The notes: generated by a model from the letters alone, not told the origin. A DNA stretch of 64,000 nucleotides from an uncultured delta proteobacterium (GCA_963731045.1 CAVSVC010000010.1:3865-67864); one strand, 5' to 3'; shown: positions 39,158-50,842, counted from the stretch's first letter. Made by a program: numbers and translations.

Positions 39158-39863
39158 GGTCAAAGCAATCAATGCCTATTACGGGGCTATCCACGCACTG
39201 AGGAACGTCTCTCTCTCGGTCGGAAGTGGGAAGATCGTCGTCCTGATCGGCGCAAATGGAGCGGGCAAGACCACTCTCCTCAAATCCATTGCAGGTCTGA
39301 TTGCAAAACAGGACGGAGAGATCTTTTACGAAGGGAAGCCGATCACGCGCTCTCTGCCCGGAGAGATTGTGGCCCGGGGGATTTGCCTCGTTCCGGAGGG
39401 AAGGCAGATCTTCGGCCATCTCTCCGTTCTGGATAATCTGAAACTGGGGGCCTATCTCTATTTTGACAGACGGCACAGAGACGAAATCCGGGCGAGGATG
39501 GAGGAGATCTTTGCGACCTTCCCGATTCTGAAAAGCCGTCAGAGGCAGACCTCCGGGACCCTGAGTGGAGGGGAGCAGCAGATGCTGGCCATCGGCCGCG
39601 CCTTCATGTCGAGGCCCAAACTGATGATGATGGACGAGCCCTCCATGGGGCTGGCCCCTCTGGTGGTCATGGAGATCTTCCGGGTGACCCGGGAACTCAA
39701 CAGGCAGGGAGTCACCATCCTTCTTGTGGAGCAGAACGCAAGGGCCGCCCTGAAAATCGGTGACGCGGGCTATGTGCTCGAAACAGGACAGATCGTGCTT
39801 CATGGAGAAACGAAGGGACTCCTGGAGGATGATAAGGTCAAGCATGCCTACCTGGGAAGATGA
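39150..39863 (+). CDS. livF: ABC ATP-binding protein (LivF type)
   Basis: GANGAGKTT, LSGGEQQMLAIGRA and MMDEPSMGL. Confidence 0.85.
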   Translation: MLEVKAINAYYGAIHALRNVSLSVGSGKIVVLIGANGAGKTTLLKSIAGLIAKQDGEIFYEGKPITRSLPGEIVARGICLVPEGRQIFGHLSVLDNLKLGAYLYFDRRHRDEIRARMEEIFATFPILKSRQRQTSGTLSGGEQQMLAIGRAFMSRPKLMMMDEPSMGLAPLVVMEIFRVTRELNRQGVTILLVEQNARAALKIGDAGYVLETGQIVLHGETKGLLEDDKVKHAYLGR

Positions 39864-39946
39864 CCCCAGCCGGAGTTCGCGGGATTCCCTGAAAACCTCA
39901 AAAGATCTCAGAAAACCTCGCACCAAGAACCAACCTCAAAAACTTC

Positions 39947-39974
39947 TTGACAAATTTTTTCACTTATGTATTTA
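39947..39974 (+). promoter_or_regulatory. Candidate promoter of the SSS-transporter operon
   Basis: TTGACA 39947-39952, a 16-nt spacer ending in TG, then TATTTA 39969-39974. Confidence 0.4.
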
Positions 39975-40205
39975 TGGATAAAACCTTCCATTTCATAAGA
40001 GGGACGTAAACCGTCTCTTTCATTCAAATCATCGTCCCGAGATCGAAATTTGGCCACCACCTTATGGGGGAAAAAGGGTGGACCGTAAATACCTACCTTC
40101 GGTGCTTCAAAAGGAGAAGCCGGGTTTCTTCTTTATTGAACCGCAAAACCGCAAGAAGTGAACAGGTAAAGAACCCATCCTAAAATCCAGAGAGGAGGTG
40201 CTGTC

Positions 40206-40337
40206 ATGCAACCACAGCCGGATGTGTCCGCGTACATGGGAGCCTGGTATGTCTGGGGACTGATCTTTCTTGGCACATTTCTGATGACCGTCATCGGAAC
40301 CTGGATCGTCGTCAAGAGAAGGAGGTGGGATGAATGA
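40206..40337 (+). CDS. 43-aa single-TM protein, probable small subunit/partner of the SSS transporter
   Basis: GGAGG 40193. MQPQPDVSAYMGAWYVWGLIFLGTFLMTVIGTWIVVKRRRWDE*. Its stop overlaps the transporter start (ATGA). Confidence 0.55.
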   Translation: MQPQPDVSAYMGAWYVWGLIFLGTFLMTVIGTWIVVKRRRWDE

Positions 40338-41887
40338 AACCACAATGGTTACCCGTACCAACGCCCACAACGGAAATGATTGTTGCCGGGATCATCGCCC
40401 TTGGAATCCTGCTGGTCCTCTCCGCCTCCCTCGGCGCCCTGGGAAGGAGAAAATGGAAGAGCTTTGAAGAGTATCTCGTAGGCCACCGGGACATCGGCCC
40501 TTTCATCACGGGGGCTGCGCTTTCCGCCTCCTACATCTCCGGGTGGGCCTTCTGCGGAAGTACGGGAATTGTCTACACCCTCGGATTCTCCGGGATGTGG
40601 TTCGCCGGGATCTGGAGCCTCGTCGGGATCATCCCCTGCATCTGGCTCGCCTCCGTCAAGACAAGGGAGTTCTCGGTGAAGCTCGGGGCGGCCACCGTGC
40701 CTGAAACGATCGGCAGGCGATTCGAATCCAAGATGCTCCAGACGGTCATTGCCATCTCCATGCTCTTCTTCCTCTTCATGTATTCCGTCGGCCAGCTGAA
40801 GGCCGGAGCGAGCGTCTGGTATGCGCTGACCGGACTGTCACCCCTCTGGTGCCTTCTGCTCTCCGTCTTCGTCGCCTGGCTCTATATGGCCCTGGGCGGT
40901 TACGTGGGAAACCAGTATGCCATGGCGCTCCAGGGACTCGTTTTTGCTGTCGTGGGAACGCTCATCGGAGTCGTCGCCATTGCGCAGAGCGGAGGTTTCT
41001 ATCAAATCACGGCCAAGCTGGTGGCCGAGAACCCGAAACTGATGTCCCTGATCAGGCCCGATCTTCCTGCGCTCGGCTCTACTCAACTCATGTCCAGCTG
41101 GGTAGGAATTCTTGCCACGCCCGTCATCTTTTTCACGATGGCCACAGGCTTTCCGCACAATGTGAGCCGTTTCTCGGAATGAAAAAGATGACCAAGAGGG
41201 ACTACATCTGGATGGTCTTTATCGTGTGGTTGTTCACAGGCATTCCGATCATGCTCGACTGCTCGAGCAACGGCCTCGTGGCAAGAATCCTCTACGGCCC
41301 CCAGCTTCTTAAGATCGAGCCGTGGAGAGGAGATCTCGCAGCCCCCATGCTCGCCCACGCCCTGGGCGGCTCCCCGATGTTGGCCTTATACACGGCGGGC
41401 CTTTTCTCGGCAGCCCTGTCAACCGTGGCAGGAATGGTTTTCATCATGAGCGCCAACATCACAAGGGACGTCATCAAACTCTGGTCCCCGAAGGTTTCGG
41501 ACCAGTCCATGCTCGCCCTCGGATACTTCCTCATCGCCCTCTTCCTCTTCCTCCCCTTCTACTGGACACTGAAGAGACCCCCCGAGCTGCTCTCCATCTT
41601 CATGGGCATGGCGGCCATGGGGCTGGGCGCTGTCTTCTTCTTCGTCACGGCCATCTCCTACTACTGGAAACGGGCCACAAAATGGGGCGCGGTCTGTACC
41701 GTGATTTACGGGACGGTCATGACGCTGTACGGCGGATGGGCCGTACTCTATAAGAAGAGTCTCGGGATGGGCACCATGGAATGGATCCTCGTGATCGGCT
41801 GCGGGGTCATCTATTTCGCGGTCAGCTTACCTGACCAAACCGCCTTCCGACAAAACAATCAATCTTCTCTTTCCGCAGAAGAAATGA
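40334..41887 (+). pseudogene. Sodium:solute symporter (SSS) family transporter, two compensating frameshifts (~41170 and ~41840)
   Basis: The N-terminal half (40334 frame) and the middle (40849 frame) both look SSS-like. The frame returns to ...LLFPQKK* with TGA at 41885, just before a terminator. Confidence 0.8.
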
Positions 41888-41891
41888 AGAG

Positions 41892-41917
41892 AAGGGGGCC
41901 CCTTGGCCCCCTTTTTT
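41892..41917 (+). terminator. Intrinsic terminator
   Basis: AAGGGGGCC-cctt-GGCCCCCTT followed by TTTT. Confidence 0.8.
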
Positions 41918-41991
41918 CTCCTACCCAAGAGTTTCTAAAACGCCCCCTTTTGTGGTATCATTGCATTCACATCACTCCAGAAGGACCCTGA

Positions 41992-43938
41992 ATGCCCGAA
42001 TCTCTCCCCCTGGACAAGTTGAAGGATTTCATGAACAGGGTTCCGCCTTTTCACCTGCTTCCCGAACATGCCGTGGATGAACTGGTCAAGGAACTCCTTA
42101 TCGAATACTTCCCGAAAGGGGAGATCATTCTGAACCCGAAGGGCCCGCCCACTCAGTTTCTCTACATCATCCGTTCGGGAGGGGTTAAGTTCCTCGTTCG
42201 AGAGAAGGAGGGTGGATCGGATAAGGTTTATGACTACCGCGACGAGGGAGAATTTTTCGGCCTCATCTCTCTTCTGAGCGGGGAAGCCTCCCCCTTCACC
42301 GTTCTCGCCGAGGAGGATACCCTCTGCTATCTCGTTAAGAAAGAGGTCTTCAAAAGACTTCTCGACGACCATCCGAGCATGCTTCTCTACTTTACCACTG
42401 GACCCAGCAAGGGATTCAAGCAGCTCTGTCTGGAAACGGGCCTTCCCGGTCCTTCCGGCCGACCTGAATCCTCCTGTGGCGGAGGAAATCCTCTTTGCAG
42501 GCAGGATCAAAGATCTCATGAGTTCAAACGTCCTGACCTGTCCTCCTGAAGAGACTGTGGTCGGCATTGCCCGCAGAATGACGGCCATGGGAGTCGGATC
42601 GGCAGTGGTCGTGGATGAGACGGGAGTGCCCATCGGAATCGTGACAGACGGGGACTTTCGCATGAAAATCGTGGCGTCCGGAAAATTGACCAACCTTCCG
42701 GTCATCGATGTGATGAGTCGCCCTGTCCAGTCCATCAACTCCGAGGCCTTCTGTTTTGAGGCCGTCCTGTCCATGATGATGAACCGGATCAAACACCTCC
42801 CGGTCATGGACGGTCTGGAGCTGAAGGGAATCATCTCCGGACACGACCTGATGGTCTCTCAGGGACATAACCCCATTGCGGTCATTAAAGGAATCGGACA
42901 GGCGGCCGACATCGAGCAGGTTGTCCTCATCCGGCGAAGGATTGACCAGGCGTTGAATGTCATTCTTGAACATGGAGGAATGGCCAGAGACATTTGCGAA
43001 CTGATCACGACCTTCAATGATCATCTCACCCAGAAGATCCTCTCTCTTTCCGAAGAGGCCATGGTTCACGAAGGGCAGGGCCGCCCTCCGGTTCCTTATT
43101 CCTGGATCGCCCTGGGAAGCGAGGGAAGACGCGAGCAGACTTTGAGGACGGATCAGGACAATGCCATCCTCTTCGCAGACTGCCTCCCTGAAAGAGAGGC
43201 GGAGGTTCGGAAGCTATTTCCTTGCCCTTGCGGAAAAGGTCGTTTCGGGTCTCGAACGATGCGGGTTTCCCCGGTGCAAAGGGGGAATCATGGCCTCCAA
43301 TCCCAGGTGGTGTCAGCCGGAGCACGTCTGGAAGGACTATTTTCGCCACTGGATCATTGATTTCGACTATCCGAAAGAGGAGGTCCTGCAGACCTTCGTC
43401 TTCTTCGACTTCCGTCCCATTTACGGTCCCGCAGGAATTCATGAACGGGTTCTGGGAGTTCGTCTCCGAATCCCTGACCCAGAGGGAAAGCTTTCTCAGA
43501 GACATGGCTGAAACCGCGGTTCTTCATGAAACGCCCCTTGGCTTTTTCAAGCGCCTCGTAGTTGAAAAATCAGGGGAGCATAAGAACCAGCTCAACCTGA
43601 AATTGAACGGCTTAACCCCTCTCGTCGATGCCGTCCGGACCCTTGCCCTGGATCAGAGGATCTTTGAGACCAACACGCTCGATCGTATTGCAGCGCTCGC
43701 CGAAAAGGAAGTGGTGACCTCCGCGGAAGCGGAAGACCTCCGCGATGCCTTTAACGCAATCATGCTCGTGAGGGTCCGCCACCATGTCAGCCTGGTTCAG
43801 CAGGGAAGGCTCCCTGACAATTACATCGACCCCGAGGCATTGAGTATCATTCAGCGGACCATGCTGAAGGAGGCTTTCAAAAGCATCGATAAATTGCAGC
43901 GCCTGCTGGAGCTTCGATATCGTCTGAGGGTCCTTTAG
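41992..43938 (+). pseudogene. cNMP-binding + CBS-pair + DUF294 nucleotidyltransferase-domain protein, at least 3 frameshifts
   Basis: cNMP domain (FPKGEIILNPKGPPTQFLYIIRSGGVKF), CBS pair (VVDETGVPIGIVTDGDF...HLPVMD), DUF294 (IALGSEGRREQTLRTDQDNAILF) and a DUF294_C tail. Confidence 0.75.
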
Positions 43939-43996
43939 CAGGCTGCTGAAAAACGTTAAAATCCATTTCTTTTCGAGGATCTGTTTCCGGACCGCG

Positions 43997-44755
43997 ATGA
44001 ACGCCTTCTGGCTTCGAATGAGGAACTTTTACTATTTTCGGAAGCTACGGGGAAGAAACCTGCCCTCGGTGGCTCAAAACAACCTCCTTCTCTTCAAGCG
44101 TCTCAGCCTCAAGACATCCATCGCCGAGACCGATTTCGTGGTCTTCGATACGGAGACAACCGGCCTGAATGCCGGAAAGGGGGACCGCATCCTCTCTTTG
44201 AGCGGGGTGCGCATCAAACAGGGGCGTATTGACCTCTCGGATACCTTTCATGAACTGGTCAATCCCAAACGGGACATTCCTTCTCAGACGGCGACGGTTC
44301 ACGAGATCCTCCCTCGCATGGTTGCCGGGAAACCCCCATTCGAAGAGGTGCTCCCCGGTTTTGTCGGTTATATCGGCGCATCCCCGCTGGTCGCTCACCA
44401 CGTCTGGCTCGACATGACCTTTCTGAACAGGGAGATGGTCCGTCTGTACGGATTTCCGATTCAGAACCCGGTGCTGGATACCGCTGTCCTGGGCGGCGCT
44501 CTCCTGGCCGGGAAAAAACGTTCCCTGCACGGGATGCCTGAGCAGGATAGCAGTCTCGGCGCCCTGGCCGCCCGCTATCAGGTGCGGATCGAAGAACGCC
44601 ACTCTTCATTCGGAGACGCACTGGCAACCGCCCAGATCTTTCAAAAGATGATCAAGGAAGCCCGGCACCTCGGGATTCTCAGGTTGAAAGACCTGCTCCG
44701 ACTTTCGTCCCGGCACGCGAGGGATCACCACCTAAGCGGCCACGGACCTTTTTAG
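43997..44755 (+). CDS. DEDDh 3'-5' exonuclease (DNA polymerase III epsilon-like)
   Basis: FVVFDTETTGL, VAHHVWLDMTFL and HSSFGDALATAQIF. Confidence 0.8.
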   Translation: MNAFWLRMRNFYYFRKLRGRNLPSVAQNNLLLFKRLSLKTSIAETDFVVFDTETTGLNAGKGDRILSLSGVRIKQGRIDLSDTFHELVNPKRDIPSQTATVHEILPRMVAGKPPFEEVLPGFVGYIGASPLVAHHVWLDMTFLNREMVRLYGFPIQNPVLDTAVLGGALLAGKKRSLHGMPEQDSSLGALAARYQVRIEERHSSFGDALATAQIFQKMIKEARHLGILRLKDLLRLSSRHARDHHLSGHGPF

Positions 44756-44795
44756 GCGGCAGGTGGACTCGAACCTGGAAATGGGCTGCGTCCCT

Positions 44796-44919
44796 GGGTT
44801 ACGGTAACGGTTACGACGCCCGTTTCGTTAAAAGTCAAAGGGTTACGTATAGCTCCTAAGACGAAAGACGTTGCCGAATGACGATACGGGCATCGAAACC
44901 CCTGCCGTTGGACGAAACC
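44796..44919 (+). repeat. Palindromic intergenic element, family 3, copy 3
   Basis: gggttacggtaacggttacgacgcccgtttcg...gacgttgccgaatgacgatacgggcatcg...gacgaaacc. It ends 20 nt before the GH15 start. Confidence 0.7.
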
Positions 44920-44938
44920 TTTTTCTAAGGAGAAGAAC

Positions 44939-47003
44939 ATGCCCCGTGACCTTCCTGTTGGGAATGGAAAGCTTCTGATCTGCTTTGACAGGAATTATGC
45001 GATTCGAGACCTCTACTTTCCTCACGTGGGCCAGGAGAACCATATCGGGGGCCGCTTCTTCCGGCTGGGGGTCTGGGCCGAGAACCGGTTCTCATGGGTC
45101 GGCCCGGAATGGAAGCGGGAACTCGGCTATCTGCCGGATACGCTGGTGACCAATGTGAGGCTCTCCAATAAGGAAATGGGCATTCTCTTGAATTGCCATG
45201 ATGCGGTGGATTGTCAGGAGAATGTCTACCTCCGCGAAGTCTCGGTTGAGAATCTGGAAGTCCGTCCGAGGGAAATCCGCCTCTTCTTCAACCAGGACTT
45301 CAACATCTCAGGCAATGATGTCGGGGATACGGCCGCCTTCGACCCGGCCAGCGGGGCGGTCGTTCATTACAAGGGGTCCCGGTATTTTCTGATCCACGGC
45401 AGCCCGGAAGACCATCAGGGCCTTTTCCAGTTTGCAGTGGGTCAGAAAGGATTCGGCGGCAAGGAAGGAACCTTTAGAGACGCGGAAGACGGCTCCTTGT
45501 CCGGGAATCCGATCGCTCAGGGATCGGTTGACTCCGCCGTCGGGTTCAGTCTTCAATTGGAGGGCGGGGCGAAAAAGAAGATTTATTATTGGATTGCCGC
45601 AGGCCAGAACTGGAGCGATGTCCGGAATCTCAACACTCTCGTTCAGTCCGAAGGCCCGGAGAATCTGATGCATCGAACCCTTGACTACTGGCTCCTGTGG
45701 AGCCGCAAAGAGACCCCGCCCCTGGAGGTGTTGCCCCCGGAGATCGGACGGCTGTATCGCCGGAGCCTGCTCGTGATCAGCTCTCAGATTGATTGGAAGG
45801 GAGGAATTACTGCAGCCAACGATTCGGACATCATCCACTTTGCAAAAGACACCTATTCCTACGTGTGGCCCCGGGATGGAGCCCTGGCAGCCCATGCCCT
45901 TGACTTGGCAGGATACGGAGTCCTGGCACGGAACTTCTACCAGTTTGCCGCCGAGATCATCGAAGAGGAAGGCCATTTCCTTCACAAATATAATCCGGAC
46001 GGGACTCTCGCTTCATCCTGGCATCCCTGGTTTGACAGAGGCAAACCCCAGCTTCCCATACAGGAAGATGAGACCGCCCTCGTCATCTGGACCCTGTGGA
46101 ACCACTTTGTCCTGTATCGGGACATCGAATTCATCCGGCTGATCTATAAGCCGCTGATCAGAAGGGCCGCCGAGTTCATGTGCCGCTATCGGAACCCTGA
46201 GACAGGCCTTCCGGACGAATCTTACGATCTGTGGGAAGAGCGGCGGGGCATTTTCAGTTTCACCGTCGGGGCGGTTTTCGGCGGCCTGACCGCCGCGTCT
46301 CTTTTCTGCACGGTTTTTGGTAATGAAGAGGAGGCCGAGCGCTGCAAGAAGGCTGCGGCGGAGATCCGGGATGCCGCTTCCAAGCATCTCTGGCGGCCCG
46401 GCGTGAACCGGTTCTGCAGGAGCCTCTGCCGGGATGATCGCGGACGCCTGAATGCGGATGAGACGCTCGACGCCAGCCTCTGGGGGCTCTTTGCCTTCGG
46501 CCTCTATCCGGCTGACGACCCGAGGATCGTCTCGACCTTCAACGCCCTGGAACAGAGGCTCTCGGTCAGAACAGGCGTCGGAGGCATGGCCCGCTACGAG
46601 GAGGACTCCTATCAGCGGGTGACCCCCGCCGTTCCCGGAAACCCATGGTTTATCTGCAGTCTGTGGCTGGCAAACTATCTCGCGGAGAGAGCGAAAACGG
46701 AAGAGGACCTGAAGCAATCCCTCGATATTCTGAAGTGGGTTTCAGATCATGCGCTGCCTTCCGGAGTTCTTGCGGAACAGATCAGCCCCCTCACGGGCGA
46801 ACCCGTCTCGGTCTCGCCTCTGACCTGGAGCCACTCCACCTTCGTTGCCGTCGACCCAGCTCATCCTGCACCGTATGGCCAGGATGAAAACGTGCACAGC
46901 CTGCGGTTCCTCTCTCCTCGCCCGTAACCGGGCTGAGGACTGGGTCGAGCAGCTCCTGCCCGAGGCATGCAATTCCATCTATGGCATGTGCGAAGTGAAA
47001 TAG
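44939..47003 (+). pseudogene. Glycoside hydrolase family 15 (glucoamylase/glucodextranase-like), frameshift near 46855
   Basis: Long GH15-like ORF (YVWPRDGALAA..., ...LWEERRG..., ...PGNPWFICSLWLA). The C-terminus continues in another frame to TAG 47001. Confidence 0.8.
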
Positions 47004-47410
47004 AGAAAAGGGAAAGACTTCAGTTATTAATCGGTCCATAATTGTGTAGACACCCGAAACCAAATCCCTCCTTCCCTCCCTTTACAAAGGGAGGAATTAC
47101 CCCTCTTTGGCAAAGAGGGGCGAGGGGAGATTTCCTAAGAGCATGTTTTTTCTATTATGGACTCATTAGTATCTAAGAATCTGTGAAAGCCCAGGGGCCT
47201 CCGGTCAGGAATGCTGTAAAAGGTTTAGAGCGGAAACCTTTTAGCGAGCGGACACTGACTCTCAAGCCAGAAGACACCGTTCGTTAATCGATTCCGATTG
47301 TTTCCCATAACACAACAAAAAACCGCATTCTAAACCTTTGGAAGTATTTCTGACCGGAGGCCCCTCCAAGTCGATCGTCGCAAGAGAAAATGTCCTGAAA
47401 AAGGATACCC

Positions 47411-49189
47411 TCACCAGCTCCCTCCTCCGCCGCCTCCGAAGCCGCCGCCTGAGGAGCCTCCTCCGCCCGAACCTCCCCCACCGCCGCTTCCTCCTTCACT
47501 GCTTCGTGGAGCTGAGAACATGGCGGACGATAGATCCGACGTGACGGAGCTCATCGAGTGGGTAAACCCGTAGGGGCTGAAGGTCCTGAATCCCGACGGA
47601 GAGGCGTACCAGTCGGGCGGGTCCTGATAGATTCCTTCAAAAGCTTTTGCCCAGTTGTCGGCCACCCCGAGGCAGAGGGCGTAAGGCAGGAATCTGGAGA
47701 AGAGGGTTGCATCCCCCATCCGTTCCAGTCTATCCTTCTCTGCTCGATTCAGAAATTCCTGAAAACCCAGAACGTCCATGCGGGCAGAGGCTCCGGATTT
47801 CGTCTTGGCAGGCATAACACCGGCAAATCCTATCACAGGAATCCCTGTCAAGACGCCCGCGATAATACACTTGACGGAAGGATCGCCTGACAGCACGGCA
47901 AAGATAAGGCTGCCGATAATCATGACGAGAAATCCCGCGATCGCATAGGATTGTCTCACCTTCTCAGGATTGCTGAGAAAATACTTCTTACGAACCAGAT
48001 CTCCGTAGAGTGTCCGCTTCAACAGACTCAGATGGACATAGAACCTGTTTTTCAACTGTGAGACAAGAATCCCGGGCAGCGGGGATGGAAACAGGCTATT
48101 CATCAGCTCCGTCTCAAAGGGACTCAATGCCTGGTCGTGGTCTTTTGTTTTCTTAAGATAGAAATCCTTCGAATCGGTGAGCCATCCCTCCTTCCGGGTC
48201 TCCTCAATCTGAAGAAATCCTTTGACAGCCAGACCCAAGATGGTGGACGTGATATCCCTCGGGTCGAGTTTCTCATCCAGAAGGGTCCCCACCTCGGCGG
48301 GCGTCAAGGGGGTGCTCCCAAACCTGGGGGGCTCGTACATCACTGTGACGGACTCTCTCACGGCCGGATCCCTTCCCTTCTTCCTCCATCTCAAACCCAT
48401 GAACACAAACGCAGCAATGGGGAAGAGAAAGACCCAGTTCTCCTTCAGATCAATCGCCCACAGGGCCTTCTTCCATTTCGAGGGAGGAAACACCAGGCCT
48501 TTATCCCAGCTGAGGGCGATGGTAAACCCCTCCCCGATCCCAAGGTTTCTTTTTGTCTGGAATTTGCACCTGTTCTCGTGGGGCTCCACCGAGCATTCCG
48601 CCTGGTTTGAACCATAAACCCCGGTGTAACAGGCATGCTGAAGTTTCTCGCTTTTTTTCTTCAGGGAAAGAAAGACATCTGCGGACGCTTCTTCAATGGG
48701 AGCCTTCCAGGCATTTCCGGTGACGTTCCAGTAGAGCTCATCGTAATCGTTCAGAAAGAGGATCGCGTTTTCAACCTGATACGTGATGATGTAGGTCTGA
48801 CGGCCGTCCACATATCGCTTCGGATCCCCGATCCGGACATGGATCACGGATCCCGTCTTCTTTACCTGGTACTTCCACTTCTTCCCGGTCCCGTCGACAA
48901 CGGAAAGGACCCGGGTGGGCGTCCGCATCGCCTCCCCCATCTCGGTCTCATACTTGAAAGGGATTTCACGGTAGATCCCGTGCCGGGGACGGTCAAAGGT
49001 AACGTCAATCCTTTCTTCCACAAGAAAGGATGAATCCTCACGGACCGTAATGTCGGAGTGAAACCGGTTGATGGTGAAATACTGGGCAAAAGCCGGAGAA
49101 AGAAGAAAGACAAACAAAAGGCTGAGGCTCAGGCTGAGGTTGAGCAAAACCCGGAAAGGGAGACGATGGAGCTTTCCACAACGTTTCAT
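47411..49189 (-). CDS. DUF2207 membrane protein with Gly-rich C-terminus
   Basis: Signal peptide, INRFHSDITVREDSSFLVEERIDVTFDRPRHGIYREIP, TM block and a GGGGSGGGGSSGGGFGGGGGGSW tail. Confidence 0.8.
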   Translation of the reverse strand: MKRCGKLHRLPFRVLLNLSLSLSLLFVFLLSPAFAQYFTINRFHSDITVREDSSFLVEERIDVTFDRPRHGIYREIPFKYETEMGEAMRTPTRVLSVVDGTGKKWKYQVKKTGSVIHVRIGDPKRYVDGRQTYIITYQVENAILFLNDYDELYWNVTGNAWKAPIEEASADVFLSLKKKSEKLQHACYTGVYGSNQAECSVEPHENRCKFQTKRNLGIGEGFTIALSWDKGLVFPPSKWKKALWAIDLKENWVFLFPIAAFVFMGLRWRKKGRDPAVRESVTVMYEPPRFGSTPLTPAEVGTLLDEKLDPRDITSTILGLAVKGFLQIEETRKEGWLTDSKDFYLKKTKDHDQALSPFETELMNSLFPSPLPGILVSQLKNRFYVHLSLLKRTLYGDLVRKKYFLSNPEKVRQSYAIAGFLVMIIGSLIFAVLSGDPSVKCIIAGVLTGIPVIGFAGVMPAKTKSGASARMDVLGFQEFLNRAEKDRLERMGDATLFSRFLPYALCLGVADNWAKAFEGIYQDPPDWYASPSGFRTFSPYGFTHSMSSVTSDLSSAMFSAPRSSEGGSGGGGGSGGGGSSGGGFGGGGGGSW

Positions 49190-49216
49190 TTAATCTCCTT
49201 GAGAGATCTGTTTTCT

Positions 49217-49302
49217 TTGGTCATGCAGCACCGCAGCACTTCTGTTTTGGTCATTTTCTTCTCACCGGTCTTTGACCGCAGCACCGCAGCACTTTCTTTT
49301 TG
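49217..49302. repeat. Two ~30-bp direct repeats containing CCGCAGCACCGCAGCAC, between lemA and the DUF2207 gene
   Basis: ttggtcatgcagcaccgcagcacttctgttttgg (49217..49250) and tctttgaccgcagcaccgcagcactttctttttg (49268..49302). Confidence 0.55.
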
Positions 49303-49312
49303 TCGTCTCTTA

Positions 49313-49867
49313 TCAAAAACTGACTTTCACAGGTTTTCTTTCTTCCGCCGGAGACTCCAGTTCAAAGAATTCCCCTTTTTCGAATTTGAACTGGGATGCA
49401 ATCAGGTTGGAGGGGAAGGATTCAATCACGATATTGTAGTCACGGACAACGGCGTTATAGTATCGCCGTGCGTATTCGATGTTGTTCTCCAACTCCTGAA
49501 GCTGAGTCTGGAGCTGTGTGAAGTTGGCATTGGCCTTCAGGTCGGGGTAGGCCTCGGCCACGGCGAAGAGGCTCTTCAACGTGTCCCTGAACATGTTCTC
49601 GGCCTTGGCCATCTCCCCGGGGGTCGTTGCCTGCATGGCCATCGATCGGGCCTGGGTCACCTTTTCGAAGACCGTCTTCTCATGGGAGGCGTACCCTTTG
49701 ACCGTTTCCACCAGATTGGGCACCAGATCGTATCGTTTCTTGCACTGGACATCGATGTCCGACCAGGAGGATTTGACCGTGGTCCGGAGGCGAACCAGTT
49801 TGTTGTACATCATGATGACGGCAAAGACGATGATGGTCAGGATGATCAGGATCATCAGCAGAGTCAT
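49313..49867 (-). CDS. lemA: LemA family protein
   Basis: N-terminal TM segment, then [43 protein letters not shown]. Confidence 0.85.
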   Translation of the reverse strand: MTLLMILIILTIIVFAVIMMYNKLVRLRTTVKSSWSDIDVQCKKRYDLVPNLVETVKGYASHEKTVFEKVTQARSMAMQATTPGEMAKAENMFRDTLKSLFAVAEAYPDLKANANFTQLQTQLQELENNIEYARRYYNAVVRDYNIVIESFPSNLIASQFKFEKGEFFELESPAEERKPVKVSF

Positions 49868-50397
49868 GGCTTCCTCCTGTGGAGCATAGTACCTGAAGCT
49901 TAAAGAATATGGGATTTTTTTTCAAGGAAAGAAGCAACACAGGGGTAATCCTTCAGCGACGTGCGAAGAGATTGAGACGGGATGTTCCCCGGGGGCGGTC
50001 CGGTCCGTCCTCGCGTTCCAGAAGGCGGATGGGTTGATAGGTGAGGTAACGGAGGGGTTACCGGTGATCGATACCAGAACTGGACAGGAAGATCCTGTCG
50101 ATAAGCTCGTCAAGATTGTCGAACGTCGTCAATTGGCCGAATTCCATTCAGAAAACCCACCCTTCCCCTTGCGACTCGACAAATGCTTCCGGCCGGAGGT
50201 TTCTCCGGCATTCCGTGTTCTGTCGCTTCGGGGCCGGTTGCTGAAATGGATCGGGATTTCTTAACCTTCCGAAACTTTGGACAATATCCTATGTCCGTAT
50301 TCCTCCGTGGATACTGCCATGATGCGGCTTTTCCATATTGGCACAACCCTTGCTCTATCCCCTCACAAATACCAACCCAAGAAAGGAGAGAAAAAAA

Positions 50398-50842
50398 ATG
50401 AAGAAAACTTTGGTAGCAATCTCGTTGGTCGCATTGGTTGTGATGGGCGTAACCTACGCTTACGCTCAGGGTCCTGGTTTCGGACCCGGATTCGGGCGGA
50501 AGGGCGATTGCGCCGGCCCCTGTGGGGAATCCTCTTTGAGCGCCGAGCAGAAAGGGGAACTTCAGCAGTTGCGGCAGAAGTTCTTTGAGGGAACAGCTCT
50601 GCTGAGGGAGACGATGCGCACCAAGAGGCTGGAGCTCCGAACCCTCTGGACCGATCCTAAAGCGGCTCCAGAAGCTCATCCAGGCAAAGGAGAAGGAGTT
50701 GAGAGACCTTTCGAACCAGATGAGGGACAAGATGGTTCAGTTCAGGCTGGAGGCCCGTAACCACCTGACGGACGAACAGCTTTCACAGTTCGGTGCCTGC
50801 GGAGGCGGCAGGGGACGCGGACCGGGTCGCGGCTGTTTCTAA
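50398..50842 (+). pseudogene. Periplasmic Spy/CpxP/ZraP-family protein (LTxxQ repeats), one frameshift near 50665
   Basis: Signal peptide MKKTLVAISLVALVVMG; LSAEQKGELQQLRQKF; in the next frame ...KELRDLSNQMRDKMVQFRLEARNHLTDEQLSQF. Confidence 0.65.

Noticed and set aside
44756-44795. tRNA-like fragment on the minus strand (ccaggttcgagtccacctgccgcc, resembling a T-arm plus acceptor 3' end). It could be a possible att-site remnant. A similar GGTTCGATACC string lies at 14296..14306.
   Set aside because: The putative T-stem does not pair beyond 2-3 bp. There is no anticodon or D arm upstream, and no integrase or other mobile-element gene nearby. This is probably chance similarity within repeat-rich intergenic DNA.
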